Origin: a virus
Taxonomy: Duplodnaviria; Caudoviricetes
DNA length: 57,051 nucleotides
Virus record (IMG/VR): IMGVR_UViG_3300025168_000102
Coordinates: 1-57,051 of that record
Reading direction: 5' to 3' (one strand)
A program made the translations under genes and the position numbers. This document shows, in pieces, positions 1 to 9,967 of this stretch. The stretch's first letter is position 1. Each line of letters starts with the position of its first letter. The notes beneath the pieces are model-generated. The model saw only the letters and a program-made list of their open reading frames with translations, made no database searches and was not told the origin of the DNA.

Positions 1-459
1 ACAGGTGTTCAAGCTACATATTCTTTTGGCACTTATTCGGTTGGTCAAGGCACAGGAATTACTATAGTTGAGAGTGGTGTAGCAGGGTCTTTTGCTATAG
101 GCACAGGCTATACTGTCTCAGGTGATGCTACTGTTAGTCCTACTGAAGTGGGTAGTGTTTCTTCTAGCTTTAGTATTGGCACTTATGATGTAACAGGTGG
201 CATTAGTTTTAGTGTAACTGGCGTTCAAGCTGCAGGAACAACTGGAACAGAATCAGTAACTGAAGGAACAGGTGTTACTGTTGTAGTAACAGGAGTGCAA
301 GGAGCAGGAGCTATTGGTACTGTATCAGTAGCAAGTATGGTCGTAGGTGTGACAGGAATAGAAATAAGTTCGATAATTAATTCTTCGGTAATTTGGCAAC
401 CTATTGTCCCAAGCCAAAGTCCGAAGTGGATTGAAATTGGAAACAGGGACGCTGCTTGA
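1..459 (+). CDS. Virion structural protein, 5'-truncated (Gly/Thr/Val-rich)
   Basis: Frame 1 is open from base 1 (TGVQATYSFGTY...) to TGA at 457-459. Repeated 'VTGVQA' beta-type motifs. Lies in the tail module. Confidence 0.7.
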   Translation, partial: TGVQATYSFGTYSVGQGTGITIVESGVAGSFAIGTGYTVSGDATVSPTEVGSVSSSFSIGTYDVTGGISFSVTGVQAAGTTGTESVTEGTGVTVVVTGVQGAGAIGTVSVASMVVGVTGIEISSIINSSVIWQPIVPSQSPKWIEIGNRDAA

Positions 460-469
460 GGAGTTAAAT

Positions 470-1708
470 ATGGCAAGCACATACACTACTAATTTTGGCA
501 TTGAAGAAATGGGAAGCGGCGACCAGTCTGGCGCATGGGGCGTTACGACTAATTTTAACCTTGATATACTAGATCGTATTGCTGCTTATAAATCTGTAAC
601 AATTTCTAGTACTTCTCATACGTTAACTGTTAGAGAAACTTCTCCTGATAGCGGTACATCTAATGTACAAGATGGGATGTTCCGTGTAATTAAGTTTGTA
701 GATGGTGGTGATATAGGAGGTAATTGCACAGTAACGGTTGCTCCTAACACGACTACAGCTTGGTTTATATTTGAAAATGCATTATCTGCAAGTCGCACTA
801 TAGATATATCTCAGGGTTCTGGTTCTAACGTCACTATCCAAAATGGCAAGAATGTTGTTGTGTATTGTGATGGTGGTGGAGGAACAGCGGCTGTTGCAAA
901 TGCTTTAGGAGATTTGCAGATTGGAACTCTTGAAGTTACTGGAGCAGGAGCTATTGATGGTAATGCTACTGTAGGTGGAACCTTAGGTGTAACGGGTAAT
1001 ACAACTTTAAGCGGAACACTAGGAGTAAGTGCAGCTACAACTTTAAGCACTACTTTGGGTGTTACAAGTTTAATTACAGGAAGTGCAGGGGCTTCTTTGG
1101 ATAAAGAAGATTCTGGAACGACTACAGTGTTATACCCACTTGATGTTAAAAGAACCTCTTCAGGAACTCCTGCTGCTGGCATTGGTGTAGGTATGCAGTT
1201 TATAACTGAAACTGCTGGAGGCAACAATGAAACAGGCGGTGCTATTGAATCTTTAACTACAGATGTTAGTTCTACAGCAGAAGATTTTGATATGGTTTTT
1301 AAAACTATGTTAGCTGGAGCAACTGCTGCAGAAAAGTTAAGAATTAAATCTTCTGGGAAAGTTGCTTTTGCAAATAGCGCTTACGCTAGTGTTCAAGTTA
1401 GTGGTTCTGCCAGTGGTTCAACTGTTTTAGATTTTGATACTTATCAGAATTTTTTCCTAACAGCAGGAGGAAATGTAACCTTGGCTAATCCTACAACGGA
1501 AAGTATTGGTCAATCAGGAGTAATTGTATTTGCTCAAGATGGCACAGGGTCTCGTACTTTGTCTTTAGGTACTCAGTATTACGCACCTAGTGGAACTTTA
1601 ACAATTTCAACTGCGGCTTCAGCAGTTGATATTATTCCTTACTTTGTTTGGGCTGCAGATAAAATCGCACTTGGTACTCCACAATTAGCCTTAGCAAATG
1701 TAACTTAG
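470..1708 (+). CDS. Tail fibre/appendage protein (paralog A)
   Basis: GAGGAG RBS precedes ATG at 470 (MASTYTTNFG). N-terminus resembles ORF 6196. C-terminal 'NF.LT...NP...GQSG.I...QDGTGSRTLS' domain is shared with ORFs 6196 and 54934. Confidence 0.75.
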   Translation: MASTYTTNFGIEEMGSGDQSGAWGVTTNFNLDILDRIAAYKSVTISSTSHTLTVRETSPDSGTSNVQDGMFRVIKFVDGGDIGGNCTVTVAPNTTTAWFIFENALSASRTIDISQGSGSNVTIQNGKNVVVYCDGGGGTAAVANALGDLQIGTLEVTGAGAIDGNATVGGTLGVTGNTTLSGTLGVSAATTLSTTLGVTSLITGSAGASLDKEDSGTTTVLYPLDVKRTSSGTPAAGIGVGMQFITETAGGNNETGGAIESLTTDVSSTAEDFDMVFKTMLAGATAAEKLRIKSSGKVAFANSAYASVQVSGSASGSTVLDFDTYQNFFLTAGGNVTLANPTTESIGQSGVIVFAQDGTGSRTLSLGTQYYAPSGTLTISTAASAVDIIPYFVWAADKIALGTPQLALANVT

Positions 1709-1717
1709 GATTTAATT

Positions 1718-2512
1718 ATGTCGGGACCTTTTGGATCAAATCAATTTTTTGGAGTTAGTAGTAGCAGTGATGCATATTCTGTTACTAACTCTTGTATATT
1801 TAATGAAGTTGACAGTTGTTATATGCATCGAACACCAGGTGGTGATGGCAATCGTACAACATGGACTTTAAGTACATGGTATAAAAGAGGTAGGATAGAA
1901 ACTGCTGGTGATTATGATTATAAATGGTTTCTCTTTGCTGATAATACAGGTGGATATGGGGATGGTTTGAGATGGAGAACCTATCAACTTGAATCTACTT
2001 TTACTCCTTCAGGGGCTGACGGATCAGCAGGAAAATTACAAACTACTCAAACTTTTCTCGACTGTGGAGCATGGTATCATCTTGTTCAATCTGTAGATAC
2101 AACTCAAGCTATGTCGTTAAATAGAGTAAAGTTATATGTAAACGGTATTCAAATGTCAAATTTTGGAACTGAAACTTACCCAGCTTTAAATTATGCTAGT
2201 GGTGTTAATAGTACAGACCCTCAACAAGTAGGAGGTTCTCCTAATCGTAGTGGACAATATCAAGATGGATATATGGCTGAAACTATTATGATTGATGGAT
2301 TACAATTACCTCCTAGTAGTTTTGGAGAATATACTTCTACTGGAATTTGGAGGCCTATAGACCCTTCAGGTTTAACTTTTGGTACAAATGGCTTCTATTT
2401 TAAATATAACGATTCGTCTGCATTAGGAACAGATTCTAGCGGTAATGGTAATAATTTTACAACAAGTGGTTTAACAACTGCAAATCAATCAATTGATACT
2501 CCAAGTAGTTAA
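1718..2512 (+). CDS. Concanavalin A-like/LamG domain adhesin (fibre tip)
   Basis: LamG-type motifs TWTLSTWYKRG, AWYHLV, KLYVNG, DGYMAE, FGTNGFY. Confidence 0.75.
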   Translation: MSGPFGSNQFFGVSSSSDAYSVTNSCIFNEVDSCYMHRTPGGDGNRTTWTLSTWYKRGRIETAGDYDYKWFLFADNTGGYGDGLRWRTYQLESTFTPSGADGSAGKLQTTQTFLDCGAWYHLVQSVDTTQAMSLNRVKLYVNGIQMSNFGTETYPALNYASGVNSTDPQQVGGSPNRSGQYQDGYMAETIMIDGLQLPPSSFGEYTSTGIWRPIDPSGLTFGTNGFYFKYNDSSALGTDSSGNGNNFTTSGLTTANQSIDTPSS

Positions 2513-2524
2513 GAGGAAATAAAT

Positions 2525-5500
2525 ATGGTAAGTTACTGTACATGGGATGATAATAATAGACAAGTACCTAACGGTAATACTATTGTATTATCTAAAGGAA
2601 ATTTACAAGCAGTTCAAGGAAGTGCTTCCAATCAAAGTGTAAAATCTACATTCCCATTTCATGGAAAACAATACATAGAAGTAAAAATGATTAGTAATTC
2701 TAGTTCAGTAGGTTCTAGACAAAGTATAGGAATTATAGAGTACAATGCAAATTTAGAGAATGGCTATACCCCAAGTAGTAATTCAACATTTTCAGGAATA
2801 GTTTTCCCTCGTTTAACACCTTATTCAGATGGCAGTGCTGGATCAGTAGGGGCTGATTTAACAGATGGACAAACGATATGTTTAGCTTATTCAGAAGACG
2901 ATCAGAAGTGGTGGTATAGAGTTAATGATGGAGCATGGATTGGAGGGGGTGATCCTACAGTACCAGGTTCAACTCCTTCTGGTACGTTTACATCAGGGAA
3001 AACATATCTTTGGATAAATCATTTATATGATTCTAGTGATGAAAATATAACTGACTTCGGATCAAATAGTTATGCTTATACTCCTCCAAGTGGATATTTA
3101 GCAGTAAACGCAGCTAACTTACCTGCTCCTACAATACCTGATCCTAGTCTTCATTTCTCAGGAATAGGGTATACTGGTAATGGAACTGCTCAACGTATAG
3201 GAAACTTTATTCCATTTACTGATAGTAATACCGTTAGTAATTCTGGTAGATTAGATACAGGTAGCAGTCAATATTTAAGTAAAACTTTTGCAGGAGCAGG
3301 TAATAACAAAATAGGATCAATAAGTTTTTGGATTAAAAGAGGAAAACTTGGTACTGATCAACAACTTTTTCATTGCGGTACTGGTGGTTCAAGTCAAATT
3401 AGATTCAGTGCTAATAATACATTATATTTTCGTTTAGAAGATTCATCAGGAAGTGCAGTAGGGCAAAGAACATCAACTAGAACATTTGAAATGACAGATA
3501 CTTGGTATCATATGTTATTTACTTTTGATTGTGCAGCAGGAACGATGCAAATATATGTTGATGGTCTTGAATTAACTGCGTTTAGTGCCTCCACTGGACC
3601 AAGTGATACTGCTAGTACTTTTAGTTCAGCGGCTGCTCATTATATAGGATCAACTCATGCTCCTGCTGATTATTTAGATGGGTACTTAGCAGAATATGTT
3701 TATGTTGATGGAACTAAATTAACACCTTCTTCTTTTGGTCAGACAGATACTGCAACTAATCGTTGGATACCTAAAGCTATTACAGGTTTAACTTTTGGAA
3801 CTAATGGTTTTTATTTTAATATGGCATCTGGAACTGCTTTAGGAAATGATGTTAGTGGAAATAATAATGATTGGGCAATGAATGGAATGGATACCACGAA
3901 TGGTTCCAATCAGATGTACGATACTCCTACACAAAACTTTCCTACTTATAGCCGTAATAGTGTATTCAGTGATAGTAGCCTTACCGAAGGTAATACTACA
4001 GTTAAATTAGTTACTGCTAATGCAGATAACTGTTCAATTCTACAAGCAGCTATTCCTTCTTCAGGAGTATATTACTGGGAAGTCTTGGCTTTAAATACAG
4101 GCAGTATGTATTTTGGTGTGTCTTACAATGATAACACTTTAAGTGCTAGTGCTTTTAATCAAAGTTGGCTTATTGGAATGAACGGTAAAAGATACGATCC
4201 TTCAACAGGAAGTGGTACAGCTTTATTTGCTTCTTTGTCTGCTGGGGATATGATAGGCATGGCTTACAACGGCAATTTAGGAGCTTTGTATTATTCTATT
4301 AATGGTGCTTGGATGGATGCTGTTGGAGGTCTAGGTAACTCTGCTACCGTTAAAGCAGAAATTGAAGCAGGAACAGCAACTACAAATGCTATTTTTGTAA
4401 ATGTTTTTCAACCTACTTTAGTAGGGGTTAATAACATTACGGCAACAAGTGTATTAATGCCAGCCGTTTTAGATACAAGTTATGGAGCTATGACTACATT
4501 AGGTTCTACTGCTAATACAGGATCATGGATGTACTTAGATAGTGGAGCTTTAACTTTTAATGTAACTGCTGGTGGATTTTTTCAATCAACAACAATACCA
4601 AGTAATGCTGTATCTCTTAGTCAAGATAATTTATTAGCAAGTGAGGCTGGTATAACAGCATTCAATCTAATTAAATCTACAAGTGCAGCAACTAATAATT
4701 TAATTAGTGATAGACTTACTGGACCTAATAAATTTATGACAACAAAAGGACCAGGTGCTACACAACAAGATTCTAATACTGGGGTAGTAAACTCCTTTCT
4801 ACAAGATGGTGTACAGATTGGAGAATATGCTGATATCAATACTGATAATGCTTTATATAATTCTTTTAACTGGGCAGGAGGGGGAGCAGGTGCAACCTCT
4901 TCTCCAGCAGGAACTATAGCTTCAACTGTAACAGTTAATACAACTGCTGGTTTTAGTGTTATTACCTACACAGGAAGTGGAAGTGCAGGTACTATAGGTC
5001 ATGGGTTAGGTGTTGCTCCTGCATGTATTTTGTTAGCAATGAGAAGTAATGCTTATGGTTGGGTTATATACCATCAAGAGTTAGGAAACACTTCATTTAT
5101 TCGTCCCTTCAAACCTGATGCCGTAGTAACAGGTTCTACTTTTTGGAATAGCACAACTCCAATTGCTAATACTTTTAGTGTGGGTACAGATGCAACAGTG
5201 AATGAATCTAGTTCTACATTTGTTGCATTTGCTTTTACAGAGATTGCTGGGTACTCAAAGTTTGGAACTTACATCGGAAATGGAAATGCTGTAGGACCAT
5301 ATATTTATTGTGGTTTTCGGCCTGAACTTGTTATATATAAAAATTCTTCAGCTGCTAGTACTAATTGGATACAGTCAAGTACAGTTGACTATCCAGCAGG
5401 TAATCCTGTAACGAATGCTGTTTTCCCTAATCTAGCTAGTGCTGCATCTTCTAGAGAAATGAGCATTTATTCTAACGGATTTAAAATAACTAATAGTAAT

Positions 5501-5596
5501 TCTGATGCTAATGGAGATGGTAATACTCTTATTTTTATGGCATGGGCAAAATATCCTTTTGGTGGGTCGGGTGTTACACAAGGAACGGCAAGATAA
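2525..5596 (+). CDS. Large adhesin/tail fibre with SPRY-like and LamG domains
   Basis: SPRY-like segments (GKQYIEV, GVYYWEV, DMIGMAY), a LamG segment (SISFWIKRG...WYHMLF), and C-terminal 'GFSVITYTGSG...IGHGLG...GYSKFGTYIGNG' repeats typical of marine phage fibres. Confidence 0.75.
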   Translation: MVSYCTWDDNNRQVPNGNTIVLSKGNLQAVQGSASNQSVKSTFPFHGKQYIEVKMISNSSSVGSRQSIGIIEYNANLENGYTPSSNSTFSGIVFPRLTPYSDGSAGSVGADLTDGQTICLAYSEDDQKWWYRVNDGAWIGGGDPTVPGSTPSGTFTSGKTYLWINHLYDSSDENITDFGSNSYAYTPPSGYLAVNAANLPAPTIPDPSLHFSGIGYTGNGTAQRIGNFIPFTDSNTVSNSGRLDTGSSQYLSKTFAGAGNNKIGSISFWIKRGKLGTDQQLFHCGTGGSSQIRFSANNTLYFRLEDSSGSAVGQRTSTRTFEMTDTWYHMLFTFDCAAGTMQIYVDGLELTAFSASTGPSDTASTFSSAAAHYIGSTHAPADYLDGYLAEYVYVDGTKLTPSSFGQTDTATNRWIPKAITGLTFGTNGFYFNMASGTALGNDVSGNNNDWAMNGMDTTNGSNQMYDTPTQNFPTYSRNSVFSDSSLTEGNTTVKLVTANADNCSILQAAIPSSGVYYWEVLALNTGSMYFGVSYNDNTLSASAFNQSWLIGMNGKRYDPSTGSGTALFASLSAGDMIGMAYNGNLGALYYSINGAWMDAVGGLGNSATVKAEIEAGTATTNAIFVNVFQPTLVGVNNITATSVLMPAVLDTSYGAMTTLGSTANTGSWMYLDSGALTFNVTAGGFFQSTTIPSNAVSLSQDNLLASEAGITAFNLIKSTSAATNNLISDRLTGPNKFMTTKGPGATQQDSNTGVVNSFLQDGVQIGEYADINTDNALYNSFNWAGGGAGATSSPAGTIASTVTVNTTAGFSVITYTGSGSAGTIGHGLGVAPACILLAMRSNAYGWVIYHQELGNTSFIRPFKPDAVVTGSTFWNSTTPIANTFSVGTDATVNESSSTFVAFAFTEIAGYSKFGTYIGNGNAVGPYIYCGFRPELVIYKNSSAASTNWIQSSTVDYPAGNPVTNAVFPNLASAASSREMSIYSNGFKITNSNSDANGDGNTLIFMAWAKYPFGGSGVTQGTAR

Positions 5597-5621
5597 AATT
5601 AATACATAGGAGAAAGAAACA

Positions 5622-6185
5622 ATGTATGCTATTGTAAAAGCAGATCAAGTTATAAAAATATTAAATGGAGGGCAAGCTTATGTGACAGAAGATGGCACAC
5701 AGCATCCGTCTAATATATTTAAATTGTGGGAAACATCAAAATTAAATGAAATTGGAATCTATCCGATTGAAGAACAAAATTTAAGTTTAGATTCTAAAAC
5801 AGAAATAAGAACAAATACTATAGAATATAAAATTAATTCTAATACTGTTACATCGATTAAATCTAAAAAAGATAGGGATTTTAATGAAGTTAAAATAAAT
5901 GAACTTAAAGATATTAATCAAATACAAAATAATTTACTATCACCTACAGATTGGTATTACATTAGAAAGATAGATAAGTCTACAGCTATTCCCTCTGATG
6001 TTCAAAAGTATAGAGATGATATACGGACAGCAGGAGATAGTATGATTAAAGCTATTACGGATGCATCTGATAAAGAAGCATTTCAAAAACTATATCCAGT
6101 ATGGGCAGTAACTGATGAAGGTGATCAAATTAATACTGGTGGTATATTAGGTATATGGCCTGACTTAAAAGATTATAATTTATAG
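5622..6185 (+). CDS. Probable tail fibre assembly chaperone
   Basis: 'LLSPTDWYYIRK...IPSDVQKYRDDIR' motif; follows the fibre gene; AGGAGA RBS. Confidence 0.6.
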   Translation: MYAIVKADQVIKILNGGQAYVTEDGTQHPSNIFKLWETSKLNEIGIYPIEEQNLSLDSKTEIRTNTIEYKINSNTVTSIKSKKDRDFNEVKINELKDINQIQNNLLSPTDWYYIRKIDKSTAIPSDVQKYRDDIRTAGDSMIKAITDASDKEAFQKLYPVWAVTDEGDQINTGGILGIWPDLKDYNL

Positions 6186-6195
6186 GAGATAAAGA

Positions 6196-7320
6196 ATGTC
6201 ATCAACTTATACATCACGGATAAAATTAGAACTACAAGCTGATGGCGAAAATGCTAACACTTGGGGACAACGATTAAATAATAATGTTATTCAATTAGTA
6301 GATGATGCTGTTGCAGCTTATACAACTATTTCAATTGGCAGTGCAAGTTATACACTTACAAATAATGATGGAGCTTCTGATGAAGCTAGAAGTGCAATAT
6401 TAGAATTTACTGGAGTTGTATCTGTATCTATTAATGTTATTATCCCTAGTCAATCTAAATTTTACTTAGTACGAGATAAAACTACTAGACAAAGTAATGC
6501 TTCTTATGTATTACAAACTGCTGGTAATGCAGGAATTAGTCCTCCTGTAAGTTCTCGTGGAATATTTTTCTGTGACGGTGTAAATATCCATCAGTTTAAT
6601 GCTTCTGGTTTAGGGCTTGGAACAGCAGCAGATTTTAATGCTACTAATACTTCTATTACGGCAACGGCTGATGTAGATTCTAGTGGAGGAATTAATGCTA
6701 CCACAATTGTAAGTCTTGATAATGTAACTTTGAGTATAATAGCAGGATATACCATGCATGGTACATCTGTTAAAGCTAATACTCATGTTGTTAGTCGAGA
6801 AACTGCTACAGCTATTACAGTTAATTTAGCTCAAACAATAGCTGATGATACTAACTTAACATTTAAAAATCCTGTAAGTGCTCAAGATATTCCTAATGTT
6901 TCTGTGGCTGATGCTCGTTATGTTCGGGTATCTGCAGCTGATACAATTAGAGGAGCTAAAACATATACAAGTATAAATACTTTTGGTGGTCAAGTTGTTG
7001 GTACTCCTAAGACTGTTACTTATACAACATCTTTAACTTTAGATTTAAATGAAGCTTGTAACTTTATTTGTAGTTTATCAGCTAGTGATGTAAGTATTGG
7101 AAATCCTTCTAATGCTGTACCCGGACAATCAGGAACAATTTATTTAATTCAAAATGTTTCAGGATCACATGCAGCAACATATGGAAGTGCTTGGAAATTT
7201 GTAGGAGCTAGTGTACCTAATTTATCTACAGCAGTTAGTGCAGTTGATCTATTAGTGTATAATGTTCGATCAGCTACAACTATTGATTCTATTATCCTTC
7301 ACAACTTTGGAAGACCTTAA
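6196..7320 (+). CDS. Tail fibre/appendage protein (paralog B)
   Basis: N-terminus MSSTYT...GENANTWG parallels ORF 470 (MASTYT...GDQSGAWG) and carries the same C-terminal domain. Confidence 0.7.
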   Translation: MSSTYTSRIKLELQADGENANTWGQRLNNNVIQLVDDAVAAYTTISIGSASYTLTNNDGASDEARSAILEFTGVVSVSINVIIPSQSKFYLVRDKTTRQSNASYVLQTAGNAGISPPVSSRGIFFCDGVNIHQFNASGLGLGTAADFNATNTSITATADVDSSGGINATTIVSLDNVTLSIIAGYTMHGTSVKANTHVVSRETATAITVNLAQTIADDTNLTFKNPVSAQDIPNVSVADARYVRVSAADTIRGAKTYTSINTFGGQVVGTPKTVTYTTSLTLDLNEACNFICSLSASDVSIGNPSNAVPGQSGTIYLIQNVSGSHAATYGSAWKFVGASVPNLSTAVSAVDLLVYNVRSATTIDSIILHNFGRP

Positions 7321-9471
7321 ATGTCATCTATGGGTTCTAAGTATGTTAAATTAAATTTTAGGCCTGGATTTCATCGGGAGACAACTCGTTATGCCGAAGA
7401 GGGGTCATGGTATGATGGAGATCGAGTTCGATTTAGAGCAGGAAGACCAGAGAATTTAAGAGGGTATTCTCAACTTAGTACAACTTCTTTTTTAGGAAAT
7501 GCCAGAGATTTATTAACATGGTCTGATAACAGCACTCTCAGACATATGGTATTTGGTACAGATAAAAAACTATATACTTATTATACTGATGATGTTATCT
7601 ATGATATAACACCAATCATAACAAAGACTACGGTAGGAGCAGGAAAGATTGGATCAACATCTGGATCAGTTGTTGTTTCTGTTTCTCAAGCTTCACATAA
7701 TTTATCTCAGGGAGACTTTGTATTATTTACTTCAGTCTCAGATGGAAGTGGTGGGACTATAGGAGGATTAAGTTTAAATAATAAAAATTTTCCTGTATCT
7801 TTAGTTGATATAAATAAATTTATTATTGATGCTTCAAGTGCTGCTACAGGAACAGATACAGGCATAGGAACTTTAAATATTCTATTACCTGTAGGAACAT
7901 CTTCTGCTATTCAAGGATTAGGATATGGTGCTGGAGTTTATAATGCAGCATCGGCAGGAACTCCGGGATATACAAGTGTAGCTTTCTCTAATGCATTTAG
8001 TGTGGTTGGTTCTAATACAAATGTAAGTGTAGCTGAAACAGGTCATAGTCACATAGTAGGAAACTTTGTAGAATTTTCAGATGCAACCACAATTGGTGGG
8101 AATGTAGTATTATCTTCTACGGCTCAAGGTGGTCCTATCTTTCAAATAACAAGTATTCAAACCAATGCATTTAGTTTTACATTATCTTCTATAGCTAATG
8201 CAACAAGTGCAGCTACAGGTACAGCAACAGGATTTTTCTTACCTGTATCAATTACAACAACATTAGGATACAGAGCATGGAATGAACAAGCTGATCAAAG
8301 TGGTATTACTTTTGAGATATCTCAATGGAGTTTAGATAATTGGGGTGAAGATATACTTGCTAACCGTAGGGGTGATGGTATATACTATTATAATGTAGAT
8401 GCTAGTTCAACACCTCAAAGAGCTACGATTGTTTCAGCTAATGATGCACCTACAGATGTTAGAAGTATTTTACTAGGAGATAAAAGACAATTAATTGCAT
8501 TTGGTTGTAGTGTCTATGGTGGAGATTATACTCCAATGGCTGTGAGATGGGCTAACTCAGAAGATTTTAATCAGTGGACACCTTCTGCTACTAATACATC
8601 AGGTGATGTTATATTAACAGATGGAACAGAAATTGTAGGGGCAGTTCGTTCACGTAATGCAATTAATGTGTGGACAGATAATTCTCTATGGTTAATGACT
8701 TTTATTGGTGGTAATGACGTTTTTAGTTTTAAACAGATGGGTACGAACTGTGGTTTAATTGCTCCCCATGCATCCGTTGATTTTGATGGTAGAACCTTTT
8801 GGATGGGAGAAGATAATTTCTATGCATTTGATGGTCAAGTAAGAAATTTAGATTGTACAGTAAAAAGATACATTTTTGATAGAATTAATAAAACTAATAA
8901 GGATAAAGTATATGCAGGGATTAATTCAGAGTTTAAAGAAATTGTCTGGTTATACCCCTCAACAGGACAGAATGAGTGTGATAGCTATGTTATCTTTAAT
9001 CCAGTTGAGAATTATTGGGTATATGGATCAGGATTTTGGACTACCTATTCAGATAAAAGTGTTTTTAATAATACTATTACTACAGGTACATCAACTTCTG
9101 GTAATTCTTATTTGTACAATAATGAGCCAGTAAGTATTTATACAGGAACAAACAATACAGCCTTGACATCTTACTTAGAATCTGCTACATTTGAAATAGA
9201 TGATGGATCAAGAATTATGTTTATGGATAGAATGATACCTGATTTTACTATGGATAATAGTGGGACTTTACAATTTAGTATTACTACTAAACAATATCCT
9301 GCAAATACGTCAATAACAAAAGGACCGTTTGAAATTACACCAACAACTAAAAAAGTAGATTTGAGAGCGAGAGGGAGGGAGGCTGCTATCCGAGTTTCAT
9401 GTGATTCGGTAGGAACTTCATGGAGATATGGCTCTCTTCGATTAGCAGTTCAACCAGATGGGATGCGATAA
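7321..9471 (+). CDS. Tail tube/stabilisation protein (P22 gp10 / T7 gp12-like)
   Basis: 716 aa, beta-rich; 'WYDGDRVRFRAGRPE' N-terminus; sits before the ejection-protein genes. Confidence 0.65.
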   Translation: MSSMGSKYVKLNFRPGFHRETTRYAEEGSWYDGDRVRFRAGRPENLRGYSQLSTTSFLGNARDLLTWSDNSTLRHMVFGTDKKLYTYYTDDVIYDITPIITKTTVGAGKIGSTSGSVVVSVSQASHNLSQGDFVLFTSVSDGSGGTIGGLSLNNKNFPVSLVDINKFIIDASSAATGTDTGIGTLNILLPVGTSSAIQGLGYGAGVYNAASAGTPGYTSVAFSNAFSVVGSNTNVSVAETGHSHIVGNFVEFSDATTIGGNVVLSSTAQGGPIFQITSIQTNAFSFTLSSIANATSAATGTATGFFLPVSITTTLGYRAWNEQADQSGITFEISQWSLDNWGEDILANRRGDGIYYYNVDASSTPQRATIVSANDAPTDVRSILLGDKRQLIAFGCSVYGGDYTPMAVRWANSEDFNQWTPSATNTSGDVILTDGTEIVGAVRSRNAINVWTDNSLWLMTFIGGNDVFSFKQMGTNCGLIAPHASVDFDGRTFWMGEDNFYAFDGQVRNLDCTVKRYIFDRINKTNKDKVYAGINSEFKEIVWLYPSTGQNECDSYVIFNPVENYWVYGSGFWTTYSDKSVFNNTITTGTSTSGNSYLYNNEPVSIYTGTNNTALTSYLESATFEIDDGSRIMFMDRMIPDFTMDNSGTLQFSITTKQYPANTSITKGPFEITPTTKKVDLRARGREAAIRVSCDSVGTSWRYGSLRLAVQPDGMR

Positions 9472-9746
9472 TGGCAAGGTATCCTGAAGTTTCATCTTTT
9501 ATTATGGTTGATCTAAAAGAAGAAGAGAGCCGTAATATTTATGGTGAATTAAGAAGCTGGAGTGGAGCTTTAATTAATCAACTTGATACTCGTGATACAG
9601 AAATTAATAGTTCCCCAGCCTCACAAGTACTAACTGTAGTTACAGCTACAGATGTTGGATCTCCTTTAGCAGGAAGTATTATCTTTTCTTTAGGAGAAAG
9701 TAAATTTAAAGGGTATAATGGAACAGCATGGCAGGATCTTACATAA
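9471..9746 (+). CDS. Hypothetical virion protein
   Basis: TAATG-coupled ATG at 9471 (MARYPEV); ends 'FKGYNGTAWQDL'. Confidence 0.6.
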   Translation: MARYPEVSSFIMVDLKEEESRNIYGELRSWSGALINQLDTRDTEINSSPASQVLTVVTATDVGSPLAGSIIFSLGESKFKGYNGTAWQDLT

Positions 9747-9967
9747 TGGATATGAATGAATTTTATAATTTTTTAAATGAGAGTACTTATATTAATAATG
9801 TAAATACTGGACAAATTTTAGTACCTGAACTTTCATTAGCATCTCAAGCTTTTAAACCAATGGAGATGGGAGGTCAGGTAAATATTAATAATGTTTATGC
9901 TGAATCAACAAAGAACCAATCAAACTATATGAACCCTAGTAAGTTAAAAGATGGAGAATGGAAATGA
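9746..9967 (+). CDS. Hypothetical protein
   Basis: TAATG-coupled ATG at 9746; fills the operon gap. Confidence 0.5.
   Translation: MDMNEFYNFLNESTYINNVNTGQILVPELSLASQAFKPMEMGGQVNINNVYAESTKNQSNYMNPSKLKDGEWK

Noticed and set aside
225-1227. Minus-strand ORFs 225-482, 616-798 and 811-1227 (and similar shadow ORFs such as 4621, 13370, 23953, 43192, 49387, 55875)
   Set aside because: Antisense or alternate-frame shadows of well-supported genes, with no RBS or motifs.
1775-1961. Diversity-generating retroelement TR/VR pair
   Set aside because: Both differences involve an A in this copy, but there are only two, both copies are coding N-terminal regions, and no reverse transcriptase is visible.
2510-2512. 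Genome-wide stop-codon reassignment
   Set aside because: TAA, TAG and TGA all end well-formed genes and coding density is high under the standard code. The in-frame TAA here is an isolated case.
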